Assembly (NCBI RefSeq): GCF_964188315.1
Contig: NC_135657.1
Span: 88,412,001 to 88,476,000, forward strand
Length of the DNA: 64,000 bases
Reading direction: 5' to 3'
DNA from: Podarcis muralis
Taxonomy: Eukaryota
In this document: in pieces, positions 49,744-61,844 of the stretch
Layout: every line of letters starts with the position of its first letter
How positions within the stretch are numbered: the first letter of the stretch is position 1
Translations under genes and position numbers: made by a program
Notes under the pieces: model-generated
What the model was told of the DNA's origin: nothing
What the model saw: only the letters and a program-made list of their open reading frames with translations
Database searches by the model: none

Positions 49744-51098
49744 TATTCAGTTGAAACTCTTGAAAACAAGAGTGTGATCACTCACCCCTAACTTGAATAT
49801 GCATGGTTCTGGAAGAATTTGATTATAGTTTGAATAGTTCCTTATTTTTTGAGTAGCACTTCAACATTTTAAAGCAGTTTGTGATGTGTGGTATCATGAT
49901 GCATGTCCATTTGGATCTCAGCCAGTAGATGTAAGGAAGGAGTAAATAGACTGCTTAAACAGCTATATAGAAGAATGTTGTAGTAAATGTTAAAAAAGTG
50001 GTTTTTAAAAAAAATGGACTAAGTAATTGGTCTACCTATTGCTGTGAGAGAGGCTGCTTCCCCCACAGTGGACCTAGTACTGTAGGAAAGTTGCATTCCA
50101 ATTGCACACAGCATGTCTGGCTTGTAGACCAACATCTTCTAAATTTTCCAGTCTCTAACTCCATGAACTCTCCAAGATATACATAGTTTGGGGCTGGGAA
50201 GAAGGGAGGGAGGAGAGAAGGAGATGAATTACAGAATTAGAAACTGAATTGTTCACTGAAAGGTAAACATAAAGTATAACGAACAGTGCAGTTTCAATTC
50301 TGACTTTTACTCTCTTTATAATGGCGATTGCGTGGACATAGCCACTCAAAGAGGAAAATGTTCTTAATTGTAATTAGCGCTGTCAGTTGATTCATTACCT
50401 GCCTTATTTTAATGGATTAAATTTAATCACTGTACATACCACAAAATCTCAATATTTGTGTAATTTCATGTATATTGGAGAAAAGACATAGTTGGTTGTT
50501 GTTTTAAAGATATAGTCAAATAAAGTTGCCATGCGGTGTTAGAAGGAAAGGCCATCCATCTGCTCCTTAGTCTGGAATGCTATCACGTTATTCCCATATT
50601 CAGAGAGACCAATTCTGAACTTCAGAGCAGGAAACACCCTGAGCCATGAATAGTGAGCTCTGCCTACCATACTGCCTGTCACCTACTCAGAAGTCACTAG
50701 GGCTCCCAGCTTGTACTGATGACTTAATTGGCGTGAGCCAGTGCATAGAACAGGGATAGGGAGTCCAGATGTTGTTGGACTCCCATCTCCCTGTCAGCAT
50801 CGCCCTTGAGCCAGTGCACCAACTGGACTCATGCACCTCAACCCCGACTGGGCTAGGCGAGCTGGGTAGCACTGCCAGAGACCTCCTTTCTCACAGGAAC
50901 AGGTCACAGTGCTGTGGACTCACAGCTTAGAGCTGAGAGCACCGGATTCACAATAATACAGTCGTTGCGCAGCAGAGTTTTGCAGAGTCTTGCAGAGTAT
51001 AAACCACTCGGAGAGCAGCTCTGTAAAATATCTTCCTTTTATTCTGTAACTACAACTATGATACAAAACTATATACAGAGCTGAATATTCTAAGCATA

Positions 51099-52780
51099 CC
51101 GTATTTTTCGCACCATAGGACGCAGTTTTTCCGTCTTAAAAACTAAGGGGAAATGTGTGTGCGTCCTATGGAGCGAATGCAGGCTCCCTGGCTTCAGCGA
51201 TAGCAAGGCAAAGCCTCCGAAGCCTGCGCTCCGGAGGCTTCCCGTTGCTTCCGCTGAAGCCAGGAGAGTCTGCTCTTTGAGGCTGGCGGGGGGAAAAGCA
51301 GCGCTTCCCCCATCGCCAGCCCCAGACGATGGGGGGCAGCAGGAAGGTGCGCGACGCCTTCCCGCTACTCTCCAACCCTCCTGTGGGCTTTTGCGGGAGA
51401 TGGGGGAATTCCCCCACCTCCCGCAAAAGCAGGCAAAAGCCGTGCGCTCTTTAAAGGGGCTGCGCGGCTTTGCTGGCTTTTCTAGGAGGTGGGGGAATTC
51501 CCCCACCTCGCAGAAAAGCCCGCAGGAGCCGCGCACCCTTTAAAGAGCAAGCGGCTCTTGGGGGCTTTTCCCCAAGGAGGGAGAAGGGACTGACTGGCTG
51601 AGTCAGTCCCTTCTCCCTGCTGCGCGCTTTTGCGGGAGATGGGGGAATTCCCCCACCTCCCGCAAAAGCAGGCAAAAGCCGTGCGCTCTTTAAAGAGGCT
51701 GCGCGGCTTTGCTGGCTTTTCTAGGAGGTGGGGGGATTCCCCCACCTCGCAGAAAAGCCTGCAGGAGCCGCTCACCCTTTAAAGAGCAAGCGGCTCTTGG
51801 GGGCTTTTCCCCAAGGAGGGAGAAGGGACTGACTGGCTGAGTCAGTCCCTTCTCCCTCCTGCGGGCTTTTGCGGGAGATGGGCGAATTCCCCCACCTCCC
51901 GCAAAAGCAGGCAAAAGCCGTGCGCTCTTTAAAGGGGCTGCGCGGCTTTGCTGGCTTTTCTAGGAGGTGGGGGAATTCCCCCACCTCGCAGAAAAGCCCG
52001 CAGGAGCCGCGCACCCTTTAAAGAGCGAGCGGCTCTTGGGGGCTTTTCCCCAAGGAGGGAGAAGGGACTGACTGGCTGAGTCAGTCCCTTCTCCCTGCTG
52101 CGCGCTTTTGCGGGAGATGGGGGAATTCCCCCACCTCCCGCAAAAGCAGGCAAAAGCCGTGCGCTCTTTAAAGGGGCTGCGCGGCTTTGCTGGCTTTTCT
52201 AGGAGGTGGGGGAATTCCCCCACCTCGCAGAAAAGCCCGCAGGAGCCGCGCACCCTTTAAAGAGCGAGCGGCTCTTGGGGGCTTTTCCCCAAGGAGGGAG
52301 AAGGGACTGACTGGCTGAGTCAGTCCCTTCTCCCTGCTGCGCGCTTTTGCGGGAGATGGGGGAATTCCCCCACCTCCCGCAAAAGCAGGCAAAAGCCGTG
52401 CGCTCTTTAAAGAGGCTGCGCGGCTTTGCTGGCTTTTCTAGGAGGTGGGGGGATTCCCCCACCTCGCAGAAAAGCCTGCAGGAGCCGCGCACCCTTTAAA
52501 GAGCGAGCGGCTCTTGGGGGCTTTTCCCCAAGGAGGGAGAAGGGACTGACTGGCTGAGTCAGTCCCTTCTCCCTCCTGCGGGCTTTTGCGGGAGATGGGG
52601 GAATTCCGGCACCTCCCGCAAAAGCAGAGAGAAGGTCTTGGAGTAGCGCACAGGCTGCGTGCAGCCTGTCCACTGCTCCCAGAGCTGGGGGGGGGGGAAT
52701 CATATTTTTTCCTTGATTTCCCCCCCTGAAAACTAGGTGCGTCCTATGGTCCGGTGCGTCCAATCGTGCGAAAAATACGG
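51099..52780. mobile_element. Tc2-type (TcMar) non-autonomous element, 1682 bp, no transposase
   Basis: TA|ccgtatttttcgcaccataggacgca ... tgcgtccaatcgtgcgaaaaatacgg|TA; CCGTA termini with TA TSD; subterminal tgcgtcctatgg repeats. Confidence 0.85.
51377..52628. repeat. 239-bp tandem array (5 full units plus a partial sixth), each unit made of hairpins
   Basis: gcttttgcgggag recurs at 51387, 51626, 51865, 52104, 52343, 52582. Confidence 0.97.
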
Positions 52781-53343
52781 TAAATCAATGCTACACTGAG
52801 AGTCTGCAGCTGCTCTTAGCAGCAACCTTATCTCTAGGATCTCTAACACTCTCTCTCTCTCCGATACACTGACTAACTGACTGACTCTCTCACACACACA
52901 GATTGATGTGGTGCTGGGCAGAATAAGTAGATAGCAGGACACGCCTCCTCCTCTCTGGAGAGTCAGCAGAGACCATCAGGAGATCATCAGGAGATTCTTG
53001 GGTATGGGAGGGGTGAAATCTCCTCACTCCCATCAGAGCCGACCAATAATCATGCAAAGAGTTGTAGTCCAACAACATCTGGATGGCCACAGGTTCCTCG
53101 TCCCTGACCTAGAGAATCCTGATTGGCTGAGGCTTGACCTAGATTTATTTTGGTGGAGCCCAATCTAAAATAAGATGGGGTGGGCTAAAGTTGCATGTGC
53201 ACAGCAAACCTTCCATGCTCAGAAGAAAAACTAGCTTAATCAGGATGAAATATTTGTTCTATTTTCACCTGTGGACTTAAACACTAAAAACATCCTGGTC
53301 GCTTTAGATGATTTGTGTGTTAAATACCCCTTTCACATTGCAG

Positions 53344-53585
53344 GTGATGAAGTTGTCATAATTCAGGATAAATTGGAAGGCATTAAAACAAGGTACAAGG
53401 ACATAACTAAGCTGAGTTCTGATGTGTCCAAGACTTTAGAACAGGCTCTACAGCTTTCTGGTCAGCTGCAGTCAGCTCATGAGAAACTCTGCACTTGGCT
53501 GGATAAAGTTGAGGTGGAATTACAGTCGTACGAAGCGCAGGTCCCCAAAGGTGAAGAGTTAAGTCAAGCGCAAGAAAGACAAAAG
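53344..53585 (+). CDS. DST: Dystonin exon ([12 protein letters not shown]...QERQK), phase 1-0
   Basis: ttgcag acceptor, AAG|gtgagc donor. Confidence 0.95.
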
Positions 53586-54161
53586 GTGAGCATAAAATGC
53601 TGTGTTTGCTTGTGGACAGCGTTCCGGGGGTCACTTGCCAGCAGCAAAGATGGCTGGAGCAACAGGCGTGACACTTCCCTTTGTACAGCTACACAGAAGT
53701 TGGGACGTTTTTGCATGTATTCACACCTCATGCACATCCCTTCACCCTTCATCCGGCTAAGCAAGAAGCATCATCATATTTCAGAGTAGGGGAGGGAGGT
53801 GGAGAGAGAGAGATGGGGTATTGTTCTTTTGCACTATCATCTTTTATTAGTTTAGAGGTTTGTGTCAGCATCATGTAGGTAGGTCCTTTGTTTATTTATA
53901 TTGATAGTGTGAGAGGTTAGGGGGTCCCAAGCATGATTGTAACAAAAGCAAAGGTAGCCAAGTTGAAAAGAGTGATATTTATAGCTTTGGTTTGCTGCTG
54001 TAGCATTTCAACTATGTACTCTTAAACTAAATAAAAAAACTGAAGATGGGAGAAGGAGAAAACCAAAAAAGCCTCATGGGTGGAACCTTTGAGCTGTGCA
54101 GATTTTGTTTCTGCGCCAATGTGTTATTTTTAATTTGTTTACCTTAAATATTCCTTTTTAG

Positions 54162-54368
54162 GCACTGAAAAAAGAAGCAAAAGATAATAAAAGTTTACTG
54201 GACACTCTTAATGAAGTCAGCAGTGCTTTGCTTGAACTGGTGCCATGGAGAGCAAGGGAAGGGATAGACAAAATGATCACAGAAGACAACGAACGGTACA
54301 GATTAGTGAGTGACACTATAACTCAGAAAGTGGAAGAAATTGATGCTGCCATTTCCAGATCGCAGCAG
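54162..54368 (+). CDS. DST: Dystonin exon ([10 protein letters not shown]...ISRSQQ), phase 0-0
   Basis: ttttag acceptor, CAG|gtaaaa donor; [12 protein letters not shown]. Confidence 0.94.
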
Positions 54369-55299
54369 GTAAAAATGACCATAATTCTCATTTCAGTCTA
54401 TGCGTGATAGGGAAAAAAAATATGTATATTTATCTGTTCAAGGAATATATCCAGGTGTATATCTGGGAATCCGTACCAAAAGAAAAGGCTGCTGTTCATA
54501 TTATTGGCACATGCATGCTACGTCTTTGCAAGAACTGGGGCCAAACTTGAAAAGAGCTTGGTCATAGTTGTCAGACATGAGTCCTAGACCAAAGCAAATC
54601 CAGTCATTGTTGTAGCCATCTGTCTTCTAGTTGACACAGAAATTACAGATCAGTCTCATACTGAGAGGCATTACGAGTGGCATCATGCAGTGATCTCAGT
54701 GGGAATTTCAGTACAGAAAGAATTGTAAACTCAAACCCTGTAACTTATTATTTATGCTGCTATGTAGGTCATATATCAGCTTGTGTAAATGAATGGTTGA
54801 AGTAAAGATGCGTACAGTAGCCAGTGGATGCAGTTTTGCAGGAAATATAAACATTATTTGCAGTTGCGGGCAGCATTAAAATGAGCTTAATATACACATC
54901 AGTGTATATTTTCTTTTTCTTTTTTAGAGCTTCTAATTTGTTGGCCCTTTAATTTAGTATGACTCAGTTTATATGCCTCTCTTTCAAAACAGAATGTTCA
55001 GGCCAAAAGTACCTTCTCTGATTATAAATGTGAGATGACAGCAAATGTTTGTGGCTTGTTTCAAATAGATTAAACAGTGTGATAAAGAATTACTCATGAA
55101 AAACATGGAGAAACCTCAACCCACGTAACTTGCTTTTCAGTCATGATTCATAATTAAAGAATAAGATATGACAGCTTATCCATTAAATTTCACCTTCAGT
55201 TGGAAGTGACTCTGTCACCACAAACATGTAAATTATCAACTTTCTCAAGCAGCTTAATAGGATTATTTCTTGTTCAACCAGCATATGTTGAAAGCATCA

Positions 55300-55385
55300 G
55301 ACATAATGAAGAATTTTGATGACCTCTAAAGGTTGCATATGCTCCCACCAACATGAGTGGGTCCAATAAAAGTTATCCACCTTAT
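55300..55385 (+). mobile_element. Decayed Penelope-like tail with degenerate hammerhead
   Basis: taatgaagaattttgatgacctctaaaggttgca..caccaac..gggtccaataaaag resembles recalled reptile PLE tails. Confidence 0.4.
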
Positions 55386-57422
55386 CAGTTTCTCTACCAC
55401 TTTCTTTTAGGAACATGATTCACGTTGAAACTTGTTGTGTATATTTATTTGTCTGTTTAAACTAGACCATTCAAGTATTGTGCTTCACGCGCATACCAAT
55501 TGCTCTACAGTAGACTTCTCTAACTTGGTGCCCTCAATATAATTTGGACTCCAGATCGCAGCAGCCCCAGTCAGTATGGCCAGTGATGGAAACTGTATTT
55601 TAAAGCATTTGGAAAGAACCAGGATGGGGAAGGCTCTCAAAGTTCTCCAAAGCTCTCGAGTTCAGTTGAGAACTGGTCTGGTGAGCCCAGGGGAAGAAAC
55701 AAAGTTGAGGGTGGAACATTTGCATATGACAGCAGTGCCTAGTGGGATAACAGACCCTGGCTTCCCTTCCCCTGCGCCATCCACATGTTGAAAGGGAAGG
55801 TCTGAAATGAGGAGTCTGCTTTGTGTGTAGGCTCTGCCTCTGTCAGAACCCTTTGTGATCAGGGTGCTAATCTAGGTTCACACAGCGGGCTCTCCCTTCT
55901 TTAGAACCTTCCCCCAGAGTGTGGAAGTCAGGGTACCGCAAGTAGTATTGTCATGGTGGTGGGAAGCTCAGTGGGCACAAACTTGCTCTCTTCTCCCATG
56001 CATGTTCGGAAAATGACATTTGAAAGAAATCCACTAGTGGTCTCTGAAAGGATAAGGTTTTCAGGGGGAAAATATGTGTATGCTATAGATACTCAAGACT
56101 TGCGTTCGCACAACTGGACTGTCAACTTCTACCAAGAAGCAATTCCTATTTTGCTGCCCATTGATTTTAATGCCATTGATCTAGCCTAACTAAAAAATAA
56201 TCTCTCTATTGAGGCAGGGAAATAATCTTAAAGATGGACAAGAGCAAGAGATGTTTAAAGAAAAGCAAGTATTAATATTACCTTTGATGTTTGTGAGAAT
56301 TTTGACAGAGAATTCTGGTTGAAGTATAAAGTATAATGTGGCTCTGACATTTCCTGCTTCCTCTTTGTAACACTTCTGAAATAAGCTGATTTTGATATAC
56401 TCCTCAGTGTCACAGAGAGCCCTAGAATTTAATAAAATAAGAACAAACTGTGTGGTTATTATAAGAAGCTGCATTATATTCAGTCACAGCAACGAGCCAC
56501 CTAGCCTCACACTCTTAACTACTAGCACTGATTCCAGGATGCTGTGCTGCTGACCTGAAAGTCATTATTCTTCAACAAAATAACTTCAAAGGGAAACTTT
56601 AGCCAGCAGCTGCTGAACAAAAATTCATCAGCAAGCTTGAAGCTACTTGTTTCAATTTCATTCAAGGCAAAGTTTTTTTCTCCTATTTCATTAAATTATC
56701 ACAGCAAAGAGAGGAAAATTATATCGTTGCATATACCGGTAATTTGTGAATGATCACTGTGTTTATTTCGTATACTTTTGAGCTTTGCACAGAGACATCA
56801 CACTTGCTATTCAAAGATATTTGGCCCACTGCTTACAATCTTTACCTTTCTGACTCTGTATGTGTTTGACCAATGCCACTGAAGCATGTTGCACTATTCT
56901 GCCTTGCCTTACCTGTCCCTTTAAGAATACCCAGATTTCTCTCATCCTCCATCATATCTCTTAAGTGAAGAGGCCACATCTCCTCTTCCAGGTCTAAATG
57001 CACAAACTGTGGAAAGCTTATGGTCTAGCAGGGAAGTTAACAGGCACTATCTTGTTGCCATTGACACCTTGATCGCTTCATCCTCTATCCCCTCCCGAAG
57101 GTGTTGCAACACACATTCTTAGCCATGTGCAACTCCCTTAGCATTGCAGCTTAAAATACCCACCATTCTAGAACTGGCCTAGAGGCAGCTTTGCAATTGA
57201 GGGTTATACTGGTTCTGATATCCAAAACATAAACAGGTTCTCATAAACTTGGGGCTGTGTAAATGTAACCAGTGCAGTCTTACCACTGAGCTATGATCCG
57301 CACCTCTGAATCTTAAGAAATGTCTTTTCTGAAATATCTTTTCCATTTGAACCCTCTACGCATCCAGTTGGAGTTATTTTTTTATTAATTGCTTTTTTTA
57401 TTTTTTTCTGTATTTTCTTTAG

Positions 57423-57542
57423 TTTGATCAAGCAGCCGACACTGAATTAGCCTGGGTTGAGGAAACAGAAAATAAACTGATGTCTCTGGGTGACATTAGG
57501 CTTGAACGTGACCAGACCATTGCTCAGCTACAAGTTCAAAAG
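57423..57542 (+). CDS. DST: Dystonin exon ([11 protein letters not shown]...QLQVQK), phase 0-0
   Basis: long T tract then ag, AAG|gtgaac donor, 120 nt. Confidence 0.94.
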
Positions 57543-57687
57543 GTGAACAAATGTGATTCCATCTGTAATGCAATAATTAATGGCCATTACTTTTTCTGCC
57601 ATGATTTAATTTTCAGACCATTATAGTGCAGGCTTTTGCTCTATGTCCTCATATTCCTAATACCAGAGTATTGTATTATGTAATTAG

Positions 57688-57795
57688 GCATTTACCATGG
57701 AGATTTTGAAACACAAGGATACAATAGAAGAGCTTGTTGCATCTGGGGATGAAATTATGAAGACATGCACAGAAGAGGACAAACAAACCATGAAG
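57688..57795 (+). CDS. DST: Dystonin exon ([11 protein letters not shown]...KQTMK), phase 0-0
   Basis: taattag acceptor, AAG|gtaatg donor, 108 nt. Confidence 0.92.
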
Positions 57796-57949
57796 GTAAT
57801 GGAGCATGATTTGCACTTGCTTACCAATAACTTTGAAAATCTGCACGCGTAAGGGATTCCTAAGCCATGTTGCTGGAGCCCACTAAGATTATGTAAGAGG
57901 GGCTGAAATGTGCCTTGAAAGCTTAAGCTGCCTCAAGTTGGCTGCATCA

Positions 57950-58615
57950 TGCAGCACGTGGTTAAACTATGGAACTTGCTCCCACAGGAGGCAGTGATGG
58001 CCTCTAACTTAGGTAAAGGTAAAGGTACCCCTGCCCATACGGGCCAGTCTTGCCAGACTCTAGGGTTGTGCACTCATCTCACTCAAGAGGCCGGGAGCCA
58101 GCGCTGTCCGCAGACACTTCCGGGTCACATGGCCAGCGTGACAAGCTGCATCTGGCGAACCAGTGCAGCACACGGAACGCCGTTTACCTTCCCGCTGGTA
58201 AGCGGTCCCTATTTATCTACTTGCACCCGGAGGTGCTTTCGAACTGCTAGGTTGGCAGGCGCTGGGACCGAACAACGGGAGCGCACCCCGCCGCGGGGAT
58301 TCGAACCGCCGACCATGCGATCGGCAAGTCCTAGGCGCTGAGGTTTTACCCACAGCGCCACCCGCGTCCCTGGCCTCTAACTTACATGGCTTTAAAAGAG
58401 GATTAAACAAATTCATAAAGCTATCAATGGCTATTAGCCATAATGGCTATGCTCTGCGCAGTTGGAGGCAGTGCTGCTTCTGAATACCAGTTACTGGAAA
58501 CCAGAGGAGGGGAAAGTGCTCTTGTGCTTGAATCTTGCATGCTGGTTTTCCACAGGTCATTGTGAGAACAGGATGGGGGACTAGATGGACCATTGGCCTG
58601 ATCCAGCAGGTTCTT
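57950..58615 (+). mobile_element. CR1 3' end interrupted by a Sauria SINE
   Basis: VVKLWNLLPQEAVMASNL, ggctttaaaagaggatta, CR1 3' UTR ggactagatggaccattggcctgatccagcagg. Confidence 0.8.
58012..58370 (-). mobile_element. Sauria SINE, full length, subfamily A
   Basis: 14-bp TSD tggcctctaactta; head and tail complete. Confidence 0.93.
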
Positions 58616-58921
58616 AAAACTTACTTGAAATGCCTGTTGAAATTTTAAAAGGCCTTCAGTATACCCTCAAAATTCAACAGGAAAGAGGGCCTGCCTGATA
58701 TCAACTATGGGGGAGTTCCATAGAATTGGACCCGGAATGCTGAATCCACAACTCCTTGGGGGATATGCCTCCCCCAAGCACCTGCCTACTTGCCCCCTAA
58801 AGGACCAAAAGATTGCCCACCCCGTTATATAGCAAGACTAGTCACCTGCCACAATGGTAATCTTGTAAATGTCTCCAACCAAAATATAAATGCTGGTGTT
58901 TGTTGGTAATTTCTTTAATAG

Positions 58922-59140
58922 AAGAAGCTGGAAGACCTCTTGCAGAAGTATAATACACTCTGTCAAATGAACTCTAAGAGGAACCTGCAGCTAGAAAGAG
59001 CTCAGTCTCTAGCCAGTCAGTTCTGGGAGACTTATGAAGAGATTTGGCCATGGCTAACGGAAACACAAACAGTAATATCACAGCTTCCAGCACCAGCTCT
59101 GGAATATGAAACCCTAAAGCAACAACAAGAAGAGCACCGG
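58922..59140 (+). CDS. DST: Dystonin exon ([10 protein letters not shown]...QQEEHR), phase 0-0
   Basis: taatag acceptor (TAG-AAG-AAG), CGG|gtaagt donor; [17 protein letters not shown]. Confidence 0.94.
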
Positions 59141-59534
59141 GTAAGTTTGCAGTTGTCTAACAAAATGCTGTTAATTCCAAAGGTCAAAAGAAGTGCAGTC
59201 CTCTCTTTAGCATGTCATATTCACCAAACCAACCAATACTTATCAGATTTTACATATTTTTTACTCTCTGTTAAAAACAACAACCCAAAATTCATTTTAT
59301 TATGAAACAAACATTTTCTATTTTAACATAAACACAAGTTTGAGATTATTCTCAAGGCAGAGCAATCATTGTGAAAAGTGGATTAGTGAATTAGTGGCCT
59401 AACTCTGAACAAATTATTTACATTTTTTTAAAGGAATGAGAATGTTCAACAGTATCCAAAATAGCTGGAATGCAAAGCAAGCTGTGGTGTTCCCTAAGGG
59501 GGGAAAAAAAATCAAAAATCCAAAGTTGGGAAAC

Positions 59535-59596
59535 ACCTTAATTTGGACCAGCCAAAGTATCACAATCTTTTGAGTTCTCCAGAACTCTTAGTCAGG
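59535..59596 (-). mobile_element. Decayed Penelope-like tail with degenerate hammerhead
   Basis: Minus strand CTGACTA-A-GAGTTC-TGGA-GAACTC-AAAA-GATT: stem II intact, core mutated. Confidence 0.5.
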
Positions 59597-60611
59597 ATGT
59601 TATGTAAAGCAGAGAATGGGGGAAAGGGGGCGGGGGACAGCAACAAACAACAGAAATGGTTGTGGCCACTACGTCTGCATTTAGATTCAGTTTTAAGAGA
59701 GATTGCATGCTGGATTGGACTAGGTGTTGCAGACTCAGTCTGTACCCAGGATTTTGGGGAAAGAGGTGATGGCTGACCCCCAATTTTGGAAACATAAAGT
59801 CCAGCAGTTACTCAGTTCTGCCTCCAGCCTTAACAAAAGACAGAGGTTCCTGATTAGGCAGAGTGCAGCAATAAAGAGAAACATGGCTGCCTTCATATTA
59901 GCAAAGTTGGAGATTAATTATAGAGAGTGTTCTGGGTAGAAAAATCAGCTAAAGCTTCATTGAGTAGTAGTGAAGGCATACTGAATACAACAGAAACTGG
60001 AGACAAACAAAAGAATAAGTACGTACCCAGAAGCACCTTCTAAAAGTGAACTTTAAAACTATAACAGTTTGTTCTGTTAAGTTATGCTTTAAATGTGCAA
60101 CAGTGTGTTGCTTCCATTTTAATGCACAACATTTTCTACGAGTCTCAAAAATATTGGATGATCTTAATATGATTCCTTGACGTAACCTTGGAGGTTTGAT
60201 TTGCTTGCTTTTGTTACAGCACTCGAGCACTAGCGAGCTATTTATAATCACATTTAAACAATTTGGCATCTTCTGGAATGCCATTACTTAATAAATCATT
60301 TAGAGTGCCGGACAACTGGCTGAATACTTTTGACTAGTTATATTGTTTTGCTTCCCAGATTCTGTTCTTTTAAATATCTTGGTTGACTAAAATGCTGTTT
60401 TTCTAGTATAAAGGAAACATTATATGCTTAGAGCTGAAAACGCAACACTAAGGCTAAATGGATATATCCAGTATGAGTTATACTTTGTCTTAGCATGCAG
60501 CTGGGATTGTTTATTTAGACCACCTTGCCAGCTGAACGTGTTGGACGCACAGACAGCTGGAATGTGGCGATGTAAGGGTTAGATACTGATAAGTGTTTTG
60601 CTTTGCTATAG

Positions 60612-60815
60612 CAACTGCGAGAGTTGATTGCTGAACACAAGCCTCATATAGATAAGATGAATAAAACTGGACCTCAGCTTCTGGAGCTGAGCCCGCGAGA
60701 AGGTTTTTCAATCCAAGAGAAGTATGTAGCAGCTGATGCCCTTTATAGTCGAATTAAAGAAGATGTCAAAAAGCGAGCTCAGGCACTGGACGAAGCCATT
60801 TCTCAGTCTACCCAG
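60612..60815 (+). CDS. DST: Dystonin exon ([16 protein letters not shown]...SQSTQ), phase 0-0
   Basis: ctatag acceptor, CAG|gtaaca donor. Confidence 0.95.
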
Positions 60816-61844
60816 GTAACATTATTTATTAGAAGAGCAATTAGATTCCAACTGCAGGATGTTGTTATCTTAAATCAATAGACTCTAGGTACATAGTGGA
60901 CTTGCCAAGACACTACGTCACCAAATATGTGAATACGCCCATCATTGCACATAAATTTGCTCTTCCTATCTGTTAAAGAATTAAGGGCATTGCATTTTGG
61001 TGAATCAAACCTTCCCCCTGTGCCATCAAGTTCCTTGAAGGAAAGGCATAATTAAAAAATGGAAATATTCTTATCCTATTTGGGAATTACAGAATTGTTT
61101 TTCCCTGAATAATAAAGCCAGTATCCTACATAATAGTGATTTGTTCATGCATGCACACAATCAAAGGGGCTAATTGGTGTCAAGACAGCCCAGGGTTTCT
61201 CCTGGTGTCTTTGCCAAAAATAGTGGTGGTGGGACAGTGACTGACTGTTGGTCAGACTTGGCATGAAGCAACTTCCAACTTTCCAATGTAATGCTACTGC
61301 ATTATAGTTTTCTGACCCTACCTACTTAGGAGCTAGATGCTTACATTCATACGATGTCTATTAATCACTGCCGCATAATGTTAACAGTAATTAACCAATG
61401 CAGTAGGATATTTATTAGATAAAACTTTTTAATAATGTGAATTGCTGACATTTTTTAAACGACATAACACATTGTGGCAAAGGATAGGTGAAAGAAAAAA
61501 GGTGTTATTCCCTCTGTGTTATAAAACCATGTTCAGGAAACTATTAATACATAGTATTAATACATGGTGATGATGAGACAGATAACAATTGGTCTGTACT
61601 GTAAAGCTGCCTAGTTCACTAACAAACAGATATGATTTGGACATCTTGATTGGGAAACATAAATTTTGCTTAAACTAAGATCATAAATCTGTTGAGAAAG
61701 TCACAAAAATAGTTAAGGATGCTTTAAGCATGTTCATTCAGCTATAACTGTTTTTTTTCTGGTTTGACCCAATTCCTTTTAAATGTTGCTACTAATCTGT
61801 CACTCACCCAGTCTTCTCTCCCTCCTCCCCATTTGTCTGCATAG

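Noticed and set aside
51377-52628. CRISPR-like array of palindromic repeats
   Set aside because: Units are near-identical along their full length with no unique spacers, there are no cas genes, and the context is a vertebrate intron inside a MITE.
51090-52942. Many ORFs in the ORF track over the tandem array
   Set aside because: They recur every 239 bp in several frames and on both strands, an artefact of GC-rich repeats; no transposase motifs.
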